Part shown: positions 1-9,857 of the stretch, one piece after another
How positions within the stretch are numbered: the first letter of the stretch is position 1
Layout of the letters: the number at the start of each line of letters is the position of its first letter
DNA from: Clostridia bacterium
GTDB taxonomy: Bacteria > Bacillota > Sulfobacillia > SLMV01
NCBI GenBank assembly: GCA_003563985.1
Contig: PWSR01000121.1
Location: 1 to 42,854 of the forward strand
DNA: 42,854 bases
Direction: 5' to 3'
Position numbers and translations under genes: made by a program
Notes under the pieces: generated by a model
The model's database searches: none
Told to the model about the DNA's origin: nothing
Seen by the model: only the letters and a program-made list of their open reading frames with translations

Positions 1-50
1 ACCACGCGTACATCGTCCTGGTCTACACTGACCAGGATTTCCTTGTTCAT
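1..50 (-). CDS. Rne/Rng-family ribonuclease (RNase G/E-like), first 16 codons only; gene runs off the left edge
   Basis: The reverse strand from nt 50 reads ATG AAC AAG GAA ATC CTG GTC AGT GTA GAC CAG GAC GAT GTA CGC GTG, i.e. MNKEILVSVDQDDVRV. This resembles the usual N-terminus of RNase G/E-like proteins. A GGGAG Shine-Dalgarno (reverse complement of 61-65) lies about 10 nt upstream. Its position after the TIGR03960/TIGR03936 pair matches common Bacillota synteny. It is too short to appear in the ORF track. Confidence 0.45.
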   Translation of the reverse strand, partial: MNKEILVSVDQDDVRV

Positions 51-91
51 TGCAATTCATCTCCCAAAAAAGATAAAATCTCAAATTCTCT

Positions 92-811
92 TCAGAGACA
101 CCAGGGAGAAACGCGATCATTTCCTTCCCGGCGATAAATATCGATCCTTCGGATTGCGGGATCCCCCCGCCAACCCTCCGCCGAGTCGGGACACGCCTCC
201 AACGACCTCAGTAACTCCCCGGGCCTGACACCCTCGTCGCCACCCAAAGATAGATCCACGCAAAACCCGACGTCGCCCCCGCGGGTGGGGACCACATCGC
301 CCACCTCCAGGATTCCGGGCCGGATGTCCAGCACTCGATCGGGTTTTCCCCGGCGATGCCGGATCACCGGGACTCTCTCCCATCCCAGCAGTCTTTCCAA
401 CGCCGCCGCCAATCCCCCCGCATCGCCCTCCGCAAAATCGAAACGATAGCGCGACGCATTCACCGCGGACGCCAGGGATGGGCGATCGCCGGGAATTCGC
501 CGGCATTCCCGGGCCTCAATGTTGCCAGGAAAAACTTGGTTCAGCACTGTCTTCACTGCTTCTGCCCGCAGTTCCTCCTCGAATAACACATCCACGTATT
601 CTCCCTCGCTCGCCATGCCCACCGGGCGGGCCGTGGCAAAGGAGATTCGGGCGTGGGGATTGTAACCCTGGCTGTAGGCCACCGGCAGTCGTCCCCTCCG
701 CAGCGCACGGGTGAACGCACGGAGGAATTCCAGGTGCGAAATCCACCGGGCCCGATCCTCCACCGCTATGCGGCACCGAATCCTATGAAGATTCCCGGCG
801 TCCAGGGGCAA
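92..811 (-). CDS. TIGR03936-family (DUF2344) radical-SAM-associated protein
   Basis: 239-aa ORF. The core HLEFLRAFTRALRRGRLPVAYSQGYNPHARISF is characteristic of the DUF2344 partner protein that follows TIGR03960 radical SAM genes. Its start overlaps the upstream gene by 29 nt. Confidence 0.75.
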   Translation of the reverse strand: MPLDAGNLHRIRCRIAVEDRARWISHLEFLRAFTRALRRGRLPVAYSQGYNPHARISFATARPVGMASEGEYVDVLFEEELRAEAVKTVLNQVFPGNIEARECRRIPGDRPSLASAVNASRYRFDFAEGDAGGLAAALERLLGWERVPVIRHRRGKPDRVLDIRPGILEVGDVVPTRGGDVGFCVDLSLGGDEGVRPGELLRSLEACPDSAEGWRGDPAIRRIDIYRREGNDRVSPWCL

Positions 812-2651
812 TCACCTCGTTCGCGACGGGGCCGGAACACACGCCGCAACCCGAACACGGTCCCCAGCGACAGTCCGGGGTTACTTCCCCGGCATAAGCC
901 CGGGCTCGCTCCTCGGCCAGGAATCGCCGGGAAATCCCCGGATCGGTGTGGTCCCAGGGAAGGATTTCACATAGATCCCTGGCGCGAAGGTACTCCGACG
1001 CATCGATATCCAGTTCGCGGAAGACCTGCTCCCAGATCCCGGGATTGAAATGTTCCGTCCATCCCTCGAGTCGAGCGCCCAGGGCGTGGGCGCGGAGAAT
1101 GGCCGGGGCCAGCCGACGGTCGCCCCGGGCGAATACTCCCTCGATCCGGCCGCTGCCGGGGTCGTGAAAGGAGAGCTTGATCCCCCGGCGGGGCAGTTCC
1201 GTTCGCAACAATCCCACGCGGTACTCGAAGGCTTCCTCGCTCAGCTGTTCCTCCCACTGAAAGGGGGTGTGCGGTTTCGGTATAAAACACGCCACGCTGA
1301 GATTCAGTTTCAGGGAGCGCCGGGAACGGCCGAACTCTTCGAAGAGCCGGCGGGCGCGATCCACCATGTCGGCGATGCCACGCACGTCCGCCTCGGTCTC
1401 CGTGGGAAGGCCCATCATGAAATAGAGTTTCACTCGATCGCAACCCGACTCGAAGGCCGTCTTCAGGGCCGACCGAAAATCCTCGTCCTTCACGCCCTTG
1501 TTGATCACGTCCCGCAGGCGCTGCGTCCCCGCCTCGGGTGCCAGGGTGATCCCGGTGTTGCGTACCTCCCGGATCCGCCCCGCCAGTTCAACCGAGAAGT
1601 GATCCACCCGCAGCGAGGGTAGGGAGAGGCTGGTCCTATCCTCCCCGAGTTCCGCGGCGAGTTCATCGGTGACCCCGTCGATGGCCGAGTAGTCCGAGCT
1701 CGAAAGGGAGACCAGGGAGATCTCTTCGTACCCGGTGTTGCCGAGTATCTCCCGCGCACAGGAATGAATGGTACCGGGATCCCTCTCCCGGACCGGGCGA
1801 TATATCGCACCCGCCATGCAAAAACGACAGCCCCGGGTGCAGCCCCGGAAGAGTTCGATCACCGCGCGATCGTGCACCGCCTCGAGGAAGGGCACCACGG
1901 GGCACGTAGGCACCGGTGCACCCTCCAGGCTTCGAAGGATCCGCCGCTTCACCCGGGATGGGAAGCCCGGCTTCGGGATGACGCCCGACAACGCCCCGCC
2001 GTCCGAATGGGAAACCCGGTAGCCGGAGGGCACGTAAACCCCCGGGATCCCCGCCGCCCGACGCAGGAATTCCCCCCGCCCCCCGGGGGCGCCCTCCTCC
2101 CGCCACTCGGCATAGAGATCCGCGATCTCCACGATCGCTTCCTCGCCGTCCCCCAGGAGCAGCAGGTCGAAAAAGGGCGCCACGGGCTCCGCGTTGTGCG
2201 CGCACGGGCCGCCCCCCAGCACGAAGGGGTCTCCCTCGCCGCGATCGCAGGACCGGATCGGAATATCCCCGAGGTCCAGCAGGTTGATCACGTTGGTGTA
2301 AGTCAGCTCGTATTGGAGGGTAATCCCCACGAAGTCGAAGTCTCCCAGGGGGTGCCGGGATTCCAGGGAAAAGAGGGGTAGGTCGCGCGCCCGCAACTCC
2401 GCCTCCATGTCCAAATCGGGGCAGTACACCCGCTCCGCTCCGGCGCCGGGATGCGCGTTGAGTATCGCATACAGGATGGCAAGGCCGAGGTGGGAGGTCC
2501 CGACCTCGTACAGATCGGGATACGCTAAAACGAAGCGAACGGCCCGGGTATCCCAGTCCGGTTCGACGGCGTTTAGTTCGCCTCCCATATACCTGCTGGG
2601 CCGTCGCACCCGGGGCAGTATCTCTTCGATGGCGTTCGCCAAATCACTCAT
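783..2651 (-). CDS. TIGR03960-family B12-binding-domain radical SAM protein
   Basis: The track ORF 783..3539 is trimmed to ATG 2651 (MSDLANAIEEILPRVRRPSRYMGGELN...). The 296 upstream codons are Arg/Gly/Pro-rich read-through across rodA. The radical SAM CX3CX2C motif is present in FRGCTRGCRFCMAG. At 622 aa the length is typical of this family. Confidence 0.85.
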   Translation of the reverse strand: MSDLANAIEEILPRVRRPSRYMGGELNAVEPDWDTRAVRFVLAYPDLYEVGTSHLGLAILYAILNAHPGAGAERVYCPDLDMEAELRARDLPLFSLESRHPLGDFDFVGITLQYELTYTNVINLLDLGDIPIRSCDRGEGDPFVLGGGPCAHNAEPVAPFFDLLLLGDGEEAIVEIADLYAEWREEGAPGGRGEFLRRAAGIPGVYVPSGYRVSHSDGGALSGVIPKPGFPSRVKRRILRSLEGAPVPTCPVVPFLEAVHDRAVIELFRGCTRGCRFCMAGAIYRPVRERDPGTIHSCAREILGNTGYEEISLVSLSSSDYSAIDGVTDELAAELGEDRTSLSLPSLRVDHFSVELAGRIREVRNTGITLAPEAGTQRLRDVINKGVKDEDFRSALKTAFESGCDRVKLYFMMGLPTETEADVRGIADMVDRARRLFEEFGRSRRSLKLNLSVACFIPKPHTPFQWEEQLSEEAFEYRVGLLRTELPRRGIKLSFHDPGSGRIEGVFARGDRRLAPAILRAHALGARLEGWTEHFNPGIWEQVFRELDIDASEYLRARDLCEILPWDHTDPGISRRFLAEERARAYAGEVTPDCRWGPCSGCGVCSGPVANEVIAPGRRESS

Positions 2652-2797
2652 ATTTCCAAAGCACTCCCAATAGAGGAACGGATCCGCATCCCTGGACCCA
2701 TTATAACCGAAGCTACCGGGGATCCAAACGGAAAGGCAAAACTCGTGGGCGGCGACACACCGAGGCCGGGGACCATGCATCCCATCGGAGGGTACCG

Positions 2798-3976
2798 TCA
2801 CTTGCCGACGTAGGATCGGCGCATGCCCGCGACGGGCGTCCGCTCGCCCCGCAGCCCCACGTTGATCACCAGGCCCACGGCGACCATGTCGGCGATGAAG
2901 GCGCTTCTTCCGTAGCTGATGAACGGCAGCGGGAGTCCCGTCACCGGCATCAGGCCTACGGTCATCCCCACGTTGACCAGCACGTGGAAGAATAACAGGC
3001 CCACCGCGCCGCTGACGATGGCGGCGCCGAATTCGTCCTCGGTATTCGCCGCGGCGGTGAGCATTCGGAGGAACATGACCAAGAACAGGATCAACAGCAA
3101 CGAAGTTCCCACGAACCCCGTCTGCTCCGCCAGCGCCGAGAAAACGAAGTCCGTTTGCTGTTCCGGTAGGTAGCTGAGCGGTGCGGATGAACCGCGGAAC
3201 AGACCATTGCCGGTCAGCCGTCCCGAGCCGATGGCGATGATGGATTGCTGCAGCTGGTATCCCGCGCCGGTGGGATCCGCCGCCGGATCGATGAAGGACA
3301 CCAATCGATTCACCATGTGCGGACGAAGAAACGGAACATCGATGCCGAATCGCAGGTTGGCCACGAGGGCTCCCCAGGTGGCCGCGGCGCCCGATCCCAG
3401 GACGGCCAGAAGCCGCCAGGGGCTGAACCCCACCATGTAGAGCTCGCAGAACAGGATGGCTCCGAACACCAGCGCCGTACCGAGGTCCGGCTGAGCCAGG
3501 ACCAGGACGGCGGGTACACCGACGTGGATGGCCGCCCACAGGAGATCCAACCAGCTCCGCGGTTCGTCGTCCTCACCATCATTTTTCCGCGCCAATTGGT
3601 GTGCCAGGGTCACGATGACCACGATCTTGGCAAATTCCGAAGGCTGTATGCTCTGGGTTCCCAACACCAGCCAACGCTGTGCGCCGCCGGCCGCGACGCC
3701 GAAACGAAGTACGGCTCCGAGGAGCCCCAGGGTCGCGACGTAGGCGACGACGGATAGATGGCGCAACCAGCGGTAGTCGACGATGGCCGCCAACGCCAGG
3801 ATGGCGAAACCGATGCCGACCCACAGGGCCTGCCGCCGCACGAGCTCCGATTCCATCGCCTCCGCCGGGCTCGATGCAGTGATACCGGCCAGTATCACCA
3901 AGCCGAAGGCCGAGAGAGCCAGGAACGTCAAGATCAATATCCAGTCCACCCGGGCCAACGTCGCCATGATCTTCAC
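2798..3976 (-). CDS. rodA: FtsW/RodA/SpoVE-family peptidoglycan glycosyltransferase (RodA by context)
   Basis: 392-aa polytopic membrane protein with SEDS-like segments (QPSEFAK, QPDLGTA, LPEQQTDFVF, GLPLPFISYG). GTG start at 3976 is preceded by GGAGAGGGGG. It lies in the mre/min/PBP2 cluster. Confidence 0.85.
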   Translation of the reverse strand: MKIMATLARVDWILILTFLALSAFGLVILAGITASSPAEAMESELVRRQALWVGIGFAILALAAIVDYRWLRHLSVVAYVATLGLLGAVLRFGVAAGGAQRWLVLGTQSIQPSEFAKIVVIVTLAHQLARKNDGEDDEPRSWLDLLWAAIHVGVPAVLVLAQPDLGTALVFGAILFCELYMVGFSPWRLLAVLGSGAAATWGALVANLRFGIDVPFLRPHMVNRLVSFIDPAADPTGAGYQLQQSIIAIGSGRLTGNGLFRGSSAPLSYLPEQQTDFVFSALAEQTGFVGTSLLLILFLVMFLRMLTAAANTEDEFGAAIVSGAVGLLFFHVLVNVGMTVGLMPVTGLPLPFISYGRSAFIADMVAVGLVINVGLRGERTPVAGMRRSYVGK

Positions 3977-3995
3977 GGTCCCACGCCCCCTCTCC

Positions 3996-4265
3996 CTATT
4001 GCCTGGCCCGTCTCTTGCGCATGCCGATCACGGGAATACTGGCGATGAGTTGCCGCTCGTCGTCCCGTTCGGTCAGTTCCACGTTGATCCCCGCCTCGTC
4101 GATCTCTATGTAACTGGATATCACGGTAATCAGTTCATCCTTCATCTGCTCCAATAAAGCCGGGGGGAGTTTCATCCGATCGTGGCTGAGCACCAACTGT
4201 AGCCGTTCCTTGGCTACGTGCTTACTGCCCCCCTCGCGGCGGAAGAGTCGACTCAAGAATCCCAT
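3996..4265 (-). CDS. minE: cell division topological specificity factor MinE
   Basis: 89 aa. The N-terminal MGFLSRLFRR...AKERLQLVLSHDR is the canonical MinE membrane-targeting and MinD-contact region. It sits directly downstream of minD. Confidence 0.9.
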   Translation of the reverse strand: MGFLSRLFRREGGSKHVAKERLQLVLSHDRMKLPPALLEQMKDELITVISSYIEIDEAGINVELTERDDERQLIASIPVIGMRKRRARQ

Positions 4266-4278
4266 GGTGCACCCCTCC

Positions 4279-5112
4279 TCATCGTCCTCGAATCCCCAAC
4301 AGGTAGCCCAGGCGACCGAAAAAGCCCTCCGATGCGTCCAACTTCATCAGCGGCACCTCTTCCCCGACGATCCGGCGGGCCACGTTCTTGAAGGCCTGGC
4401 CGGCCCGAGACGAGGAATCGCCGACCACGGGAACTCCGCGGTTCGTGCCCACCAGGATTCGGTCGTCCTCGGGAATGACGCCGAGGAGTTCCACCGCCAG
4501 GATGTCGATGATGTCCTCGATCCCCATCATGTCGCCGCTGCGGACCATGCCGGGCCGGATTCGGTTTACGATGAGCTGGGGCCGCGATATCTCCTCGGCC
4601 TCCAGCAGGCCGATTATGCGGTCGGCATCGCGAACCGCGGAGACCTCCGGGGTGGTCACGATGAGGGCGCGATCCGCACCCGCGATGGCGTTGCGGAAAC
4701 CCTGTTCGATGCCCGCGGGCGAATCCACCACGATGAAATCGAAGTACCCCGCCTTGCCCGACTCCGTTGCGATGTTCAATTCCTTCAACTGCAGCGTAAT
4801 ATCGCGCATCTGCTCCGGACTCACCGAAGTCTTGTCCTTGGTTTGCGCCGCGGGCAAGAGATAGAGCCCCTCGTTGCGCTTGTCCCGTATCAGTGCCTGT
4901 TTCAGTCGACAGAACCCGTCCACGACGTCGACGATATCGTAGACGATTCGATTCTCCAGCCCCAGGACGACGTCCAAATTCCGAAGTCCGATGTCGGCGT
5001 CCAGCAAGGCCACGCGATACCCCAGATCGGCCAAGGCTACACCGATGTTGGCGGTCGTGGTCGTCTTGCCGACACCACCTTTTCCCGAAGTAATTACCAG
5101 CGTCTCGCCCAA
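4279..5112 (-). CDS. minD: septum site-determining ATPase MinD
   Basis: 277 aa with the deviant Walker A motif TSGKGGVGKTTTTANIG. The C-terminal amphipathic helix is FFGRLGYLLGIRG. TTG start at 5112 has an AGGAA Shine-Dalgarno 5 nt upstream. Confidence 0.95.
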   Translation of the reverse strand: MGETLVITSGKGGVGKTTTTANIGVALADLGYRVALLDADIGLRNLDVVLGLENRIVYDIVDVVDGFCRLKQALIRDKRNEGLYLLPAAQTKDKTSVSPEQMRDITLQLKELNIATESGKAGYFDFIVVDSPAGIEQGFRNAIAGADRALIVTTPEVSAVRDADRIIGLLEAEEISRPQLIVNRIRPGMVRSGDMMGIEDIIDILAVELLGVIPEDDRILVGTNRGVPVVGDSSSRAGQAFKNVARRIVGEEVPLMKLDASEGFFGRLGYLLGIRGR

Positions 5113-5332
5113 TGTGGTTCCTGGCTCGTTCGTGGTGGCCCAGGGGCCACCGGCCCGTCACCAGGGTTCCTTCACTCTCCTTCGGCCGAAAATTTGATGG
5201 TCGAACCACCTGCGGCCGCACGGGCCTCACATCACAACCCGGTTTTTCCCGGGCATCCATGCCTTTCTCCCGGACGCACCGCGACCCGGGGTCCCGGCAT
5301 TCCGCCGATCTCCCGATGACGCCCCGACGCGA

Positions 5333-7324
5333 TCACGGGAGCAAATCGTCGGCTCTCGGCACATCCCCGAACCCGAAGTACGCCTCCAGGATGGTACGGG
5401 CCACGGGCGCACCCGCCAGGGATCCACCGCCCCCGTGGTCGATCACGACGGCGATGGCGATCTCCGGTTCGTCGATGGGCGCATAGGCCACGAACCAGCC
5501 GTGACTGTCCATCCGCCACGCTCCGCTGCCCACTTCGGCCGTACCGGTCTTGGAAGCCACCGCAACCTCCCGATCGCTTCCGGGCACCGTCTTCGGGTAA
5601 TCCCAGAACCTCCGGTGCGAGGTGCCACCCGGCGCCGTCACGGCCTCCATGCCGCGCTGTACCCGGGCGATGGACTCCGCCGAGGCGGTCAGCTCGTGGA
5701 CGATCTCGGGCCGGGTTTGCTCCACGATATCCCCGCCCGGGGAGACGATCAAGTCCAGCAAGTACGGCCGATACCGGATGCCTCCGGAGGCGATGGTGGC
5801 CACGTAGTTGGCCATCTGCAGCGGCGTGTACGCGTGGAAACCCTGGCCGATGGCCGCCATCAGGGTCTCGCCGGGATACCACACCTCCTCCAGGGCCTCC
5901 ATCTTCCATTCGCGCCCGGGACGCGTACCCCCGGACTCCTCCCCGGGACCCAGGCCCACGATGCCCGTGGGCTCGCCCAATCCCAGTTCCCGGGCCATGC
6001 TCTCGATGCCGTCGATGCCGGACGCGAGTCCGGCCCGATAGAAGAATACGTTGCAGCTTTGCGCGATCCCGGTGTGCAGATTCACGGCGGGACCGTGAAC
6101 CCCCCAACAACCGTATCGCTGCCCGAATATATCCAGGTGTCCCGGGCAGGATTCCGTCCTGCTGGCGCTGTAGCCGGCCTCGAGATACGCCAGGGCCGTG
6201 ACCATCTTGAAGGTCGACCCCGGGGCCGAGACCTGGGCCGTGGCACGATTGAGGAGGGGCTGGCCCATCGCCACGCTGTTCAGGTGCTCCCATTCCTGGG
6301 CCCACGCCCGCGCCTCGTCGGTACCCGGGAGGTGCAGGGGTGCGGTGGCAAAGGTATTCAGGTCGAATCCGGGGTGAGAAGCCATGGCCAGCACGGCCCC
6401 GGTGCGCACATCCAGGACCACCGCCGCCGCCGAAGTGGCATCGGAATAGGTTCGGCCCGGGCGCCGCCAATCCGCCGGGCGAAACGATCCCTGGTCCCAA
6501 AGGTTGACGTAGTTCCCGTCCGCGGGATCGTACGGCAGGGGATCCAATCCCTCCTGGAGGCGATCGCAGACCGTTTCCAGGGCGTCCTGGGTGATCCGCT
6601 GAAGATCCGAATCCAGGGTCAGGTGCACGTCGTTGCCGGGGACGGGCGTGCGCCCGGTTATGCTGTCTACCAATCGGCCCACGGCATCGACCTCGACCCG
6701 CACCTGGCCGTCGTGTCCCTGGAGATGGAATTCGGCGGCACGCTCTACCCCCACTTTGCCCACCAGGTGAGTATTCTCGTATACCCGGCCCGAGATCTCC
6801 CCGAAGGACTGCAATTCCTCCTCGCTGATCTTCAATGTATATCCCATCACGTGGGAGGCCAGGTCGCCGTGGGGGTAGGTGCGTACCGGTCGGGAGACCA
6901 CGCGCAATCCCGGGAGGCGGTGCTTGTGCTCCAGGAGCGCGGTGTACTCGGCCTGGCTCAAGTCCACCTTCAGGTCGACGGGCGCGTACGGGACGTTCCT
7001 GGCCCCCCGGTCGATGGCCTCGGAAATGCTCTCTCGGGGCACATCCATCAGGAAAGCCAACAGGTTGATCCATTCCCCCGTGGGAGGGTCCCCGGAGGGA
7101 ATGTACTGTGCCACGAATGCCGGCCGCGTACCCGCCAGCACCACCCCGTCGGCACTCACGAGGTTACCGCGCGGCGCCGGCGTGCTGAGCAGCCTGAGGC
7201 GCTGCTGGAACGAGGCCGTGGCCAGCGAATCTCCCTCCACCAACTGCAGGTGGGCGACGCGCAAGATCAGGACCAACATGGAAAGGGTCACGATGACCCC
7301 CAGTAATATGGCGCGGCGCTTCAT
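5333..7324 (-). CDS. mrdA: penicillin-binding protein 2 (elongasome class B transpeptidase)
   Basis: 663 aa with an N-terminal TM helix. The transpeptidase motifs are STFK (APGSTFKMV), SCN (AQSCNVFF) and KTG (ASKTGTAEV). ATG 7324 is preceded by GAGGAGGTGA. It lies directly after mreD. Confidence 0.9.
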   Translation of the reverse strand: MKRRAILLGVIVTLSMLVLILRVAHLQLVEGDSLATASFQQRLRLLSTPAPRGNLVSADGVVLAGTRPAFVAQYIPSGDPPTGEWINLLAFLMDVPRESISEAIDRGARNVPYAPVDLKVDLSQAEYTALLEHKHRLPGLRVVSRPVRTYPHGDLASHVMGYTLKISEEELQSFGEISGRVYENTHLVGKVGVERAAEFHLQGHDGQVRVEVDAVGRLVDSITGRTPVPGNDVHLTLDSDLQRITQDALETVCDRLQEGLDPLPYDPADGNYVNLWDQGSFRPADWRRPGRTYSDATSAAAVVLDVRTGAVLAMASHPGFDLNTFATAPLHLPGTDEARAWAQEWEHLNSVAMGQPLLNRATAQVSAPGSTFKMVTALAYLEAGYSASRTESCPGHLDIFGQRYGCWGVHGPAVNLHTGIAQSCNVFFYRAGLASGIDGIESMARELGLGEPTGIVGLGPGEESGGTRPGREWKMEALEEVWYPGETLMAAIGQGFHAYTPLQMANYVATIASGGIRYRPYLLDLIVSPGGDIVEQTRPEIVHELTASAESIARVQRGMEAVTAPGGTSHRRFWDYPKTVPGSDREVAVASKTGTAEVGSGAWRMDSHGWFVAYAPIDEPEIAIAVVIDHGGGGSLAGAPVARTILEAYFGFGDVPRADDLLP

Positions 7325-7331
7325 CGCGACA

Positions 7332-7868
7332 TCACCTCCTCGCTCCCCTCTCCCAGCCCCAAACGGGTTCCTGGATCGAAAGGTACTTACCCATGAAGTA
7401 GTATAGCAGTGCCGCCGCCAGGCCCGTGTACAGGGCGGAGGTCGCGGATATCAAGGCAACGACGTGTACCGGACCCAGTTCCATCCCGGAGAGTCGGACG
7501 GCCACGGCCCGGATGAGTTCCGAAAAAAAGTTCAAGGTGACGACTACGCCGAACAGTATGACCACGTTGGATCGCGTGAAGCTTTGCAGCACGCGGTCGG
7601 CCACCAGCACCGACCCCAGGAGGAGGAACGCATTCAACCCGATGAGATATCCCGCGAGGAAATCCGCGGCGAATCCGGCGGACAACCCGAGGATCGCCGT
7701 CTCCACGCCGATGCCGTTTAGGACCCCGATGCAAAGCAGTACGGCCAGCAAGAGGTCGGGGCGAACCCCGGCCGGGGTCATCCCGGGCAGGAGGGTGACC
7801 TGGAGGAGGAGGGCCATCACCAGCAGAACGACGGAGACCCAGAGGGCGATGGGGGGCGGTCCGCTCAA
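7332..7868 (-). CDS. mreD: rod shape-determining protein MreD
   Basis: 178-aa, very hydrophobic multi-TM protein immediately after mreC. Its TTG start overlaps the mreC stop (TTGA). Confidence 0.8.
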   Translation of the reverse strand: MSGPPPIALWVSVVLLVMALLLQVTLLPGMTPAGVRPDLLLAVLLCIGVLNGIGVETAILGLSAGFAADFLAGYLIGLNAFLLLGSVLVADRVLQSFTRSNVVILFGVVVTLNFFSELIRAVAVRLSGMELGPVHVVALISATSALYTGLAAALLYYFMGKYLSIQEPVWGWERGARR

Positions 7869-8794
7869 GGCGAATCCCCCTCCCGCGAAGGGGGCTCATC
7901 GCTTTCGAAGGCCCCCGAGATTTCACTCCAGTTGATCCGCCCGCGGATGGGTCCCTCCAGTACCAGGATAGTCGACAACCGATCCATATCCGCGGTCGGG
8001 GTCAACCATACCTCCCGAATCAACCCGGATTCATCGATCTCCACACCGAGGACCCGGCCCACGGGAATACCCGCGGGATACGCCTCTCCGAACTCAGAGG
8101 TGACCAGTAGATCGCCCCGGGATACCCTCGCATCGGGGCTGAACATCGTCACACGAATCCGGCCCTCGAACAGGAGTTGTCCCTCCGCCCCCCCCGCGTC
8201 GCCGCTGGAGGCGACCTGCACGCCGAGCCCGCTATCGCTGCTGGTGATCAGCATGACCCGGGCGGTCTGCGCCGTGGTGGAAAGGACCCTGCCCACGAGC
8301 CCCCCGGGTGCCACCACGACATCCCCGAAAGCCACCCCGTGGACGCTACCCCGATCGATCATAACCTCCCGCGTCCAATTCCCCGGGGACCTGGAATAGA
8401 CTGACGCCGGGATGGTGTCCACCGGCATCCGCCCCTCCAACTCCAGAAGGTCCACCAGGTATCGGTTTTCGCGCTCCAGGAACTCCAGGTCCGCCTCGAG
8501 GGTTTCCAACTCGGTCAGGCGCCCGCGAAGTTCCACGTTCTCTTCGACCAACGTGGGATACTTCAGCAAGTACTCGACGGTGCCCCCGGTGCGTTCCCCG
8601 AAATCGTCGAGGACCCGACCCAGCGGAGCGGTTAGCTCCACCCAGAATCGTTCCAGGCGACCGTAGGGCCGCCCGGAATCCGAGGTCCAAACCATGAGCA
8701 ATAGCAACACCAGGGTTATGACAAGGCTGCCAACGACCCGGCGATCGCGCCAAAGGTTCTTCACTTCGCGTCGTCCTCTGTATCGGCCGGGCAC
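7865..8794 (-). CDS. mreC: rod shape-determining protein MreC
   Basis: 309 aa with a TM anchor, a coiled-coil (LVEENVELRGRLTELETLEADLEFLERENRYL) and beta-rich C-terminal domains. The start is uncertain: GTG 8794, or GTG 8764, which has a better-spaced GAGGA. Confidence 0.85.
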   Translation of the reverse strand: MPGRYRGRREVKNLWRDRRVVGSLVITLVLLLLMVWTSDSGRPYGRLERFWVELTAPLGRVLDDFGERTGGTVEYLLKYPTLVEENVELRGRLTELETLEADLEFLERENRYLVDLLELEGRMPVDTIPASVYSRSPGNWTREVMIDRGSVHGVAFGDVVVAPGGLVGRVLSTTAQTARVMLITSSDSGLGVQVASSGDAGGAEGQLLFEGRIRVTMFSPDARVSRGDLLVTSEFGEAYPAGIPVGRVLGVEIDESGLIREVWLTPTADMDRLSTILVLEGPIRGRINWSEISGAFESDEPPSREGDSP

Positions 8795-8812
8795 GGGCTC
8801 CGGCCTTGGGGG

Positions 8813-9853
8813 TTAGGCCAATCTCTTCGGTACCATGAGGATCCGCCGGAGGACGTCCAACTCGTCTAGGACCTTGCCGGTTCCGCGGACCACGCACAGC
8901 AGCGGTTCTTCGGACACGTATACCGGCATGCCGGTCTCCTGGCTCACCAGGCGATCGAATCCCCGCAGTATAGAGCCTCCGCCCGTCAGGACGATGCCCC
9001 GGTCCATGATGTCCGAAGACAATTCCGGTGGGGTCCTCTCCAGGGTCGCCCGGATCGCATCGACGATGTGCGATACCGGTTCCGCCAGGGCTTCCCGGAC
9101 CTCCTCGGAAGTGAGTTCGATGGTCTTGGGAAGCCCGGTAACCAGGTCGCGGCCCCGGACATCCAGGGATTCCTCGCCGTCGACCATAACCGCGCTCCCG
9201 ATTTCCATCTTCACCTGTTCGGCGGTACGTTCTCCGATGAGCAGGTTGTAGTGGCGTTTCATGTAGGAAACGATGGCATCGTCCATTTCGTCGCCGGCGA
9301 TGCGGATGGATTCGTGGGTCACGATACCGCCCAGGGAGATCACGCCCACCTCGGTGGTCCCGCCCCCGATGTCGACGATCATGTTGCCCGTCGGCTCGTG
9401 CACCGGAAGACCGGCACCAATGGCGGCCGCCATGGGTTCTTCGATCAGGTACGCCTCGCGGGCACCCGCCTGGAGGGTGGCGTCGATGACCGCCCTCTTC
9501 TCCACCTCCGTTACCCCGGAGGGAACGGCGACCACGACCCGCGGCCGAATGACCGGGCGACGCCGGGTTGCCTTTCCGATAAAATATCGCAGCATGGTCT
9601 GGGTTATGTCAAAATCGGCGATCACGCCATCCTTCATCGGGCGCACGGCCACGATGTTTCCCGGCGTCCTGCCGATCATGCGCTTCGCCTCGTTGCCCAC
9701 CGCCAGGGGTTCGCCGTCGTCCCCCTGCCGGGTGGCGACCACGGAGGGTTCTTGCAACACGATACCGCGCCCCCGCACGTATACCAGGGTGTTGGCCGTT
9801 CCCAGATCGATGCCCATGTCCCTCGAAAAGTGGTTGTAGATAAAGCTGAACAC
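8813..9853 (-). CDS. mreB: rod shape-determining actin homologue MreB
   Basis: 346 aa. [29 protein letters not shown] and DIGGGTTEV are actin-fold phosphate motifs. GTG start has a GGAAGGAG Shine-Dalgarno upstream. Confidence 0.95.
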   Translation of the reverse strand: MFSFIYNHFSRDMGIDLGTANTLVYVRGRGIVLQEPSVVATRQGDDGEPLAVGNEAKRMIGRTPGNIVAVRPMKDGVIADFDITQTMLRYFIGKATRRRPVIRPRVVVAVPSGVTEVEKRAVIDATLQAGAREAYLIEEPMAAAIGAGLPVHEPTGNMIVDIGGGTTEVGVISLGGIVTHESIRIAGDEMDDAIVSYMKRHYNLLIGERTAEQVKMEIGSAVMVDGEESLDVRGRDLVTGLPKTIELTSEEVREALAEPVSHIVDAIRATLERTPPELSSDIMDRGIVLTGGGSILRGFDRLVSQETGMPVYVSEEPLLCVVRGTGKVLDELDVLRRILMVPKRLA

Positions 9854-9857
9854 CTGG

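Noticed and set aside
2652-3539. N-terminal 296-codon extension of the radical SAM ORF (track ORF 783..3539).
   Set aside because: The extension overlaps the well-supported rodA gene in another frame and is Arg/Gly-rich. The family N-terminus (MSDLANAIEEILP...RYMGGE) begins at ATG 2651.
5135-5155. Short hairpin GGTGGCC-cagg-GGCCACC just upstream of minD.
   Set aside because: It has only a 7-bp stem and no U-tract, and such GC palindromes are frequent in this genome. That is not enough to call a terminator or attenuator.
4210-5319. 369-aa plus-strand and 335-aa minus-strand ORFs over minD/minE.
   Set aside because: These are shadow frames of minD (clear Walker A motif) with Arg/His/Gly-rich junk composition.
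5232-7306. Very long ORFs overlapping PBP2 (613 aa on the minus strand in another frame, 623 aa on the plus strand).
   Set aside because: They have Arg/Gly/Pro/His-rich, low-complexity-like composition and no recognisable motifs. They fully overlap a gene with clear STFK/SxN/KTG motifs. These are the stop-codon-poor shadow frames typical of a high-GC genome.
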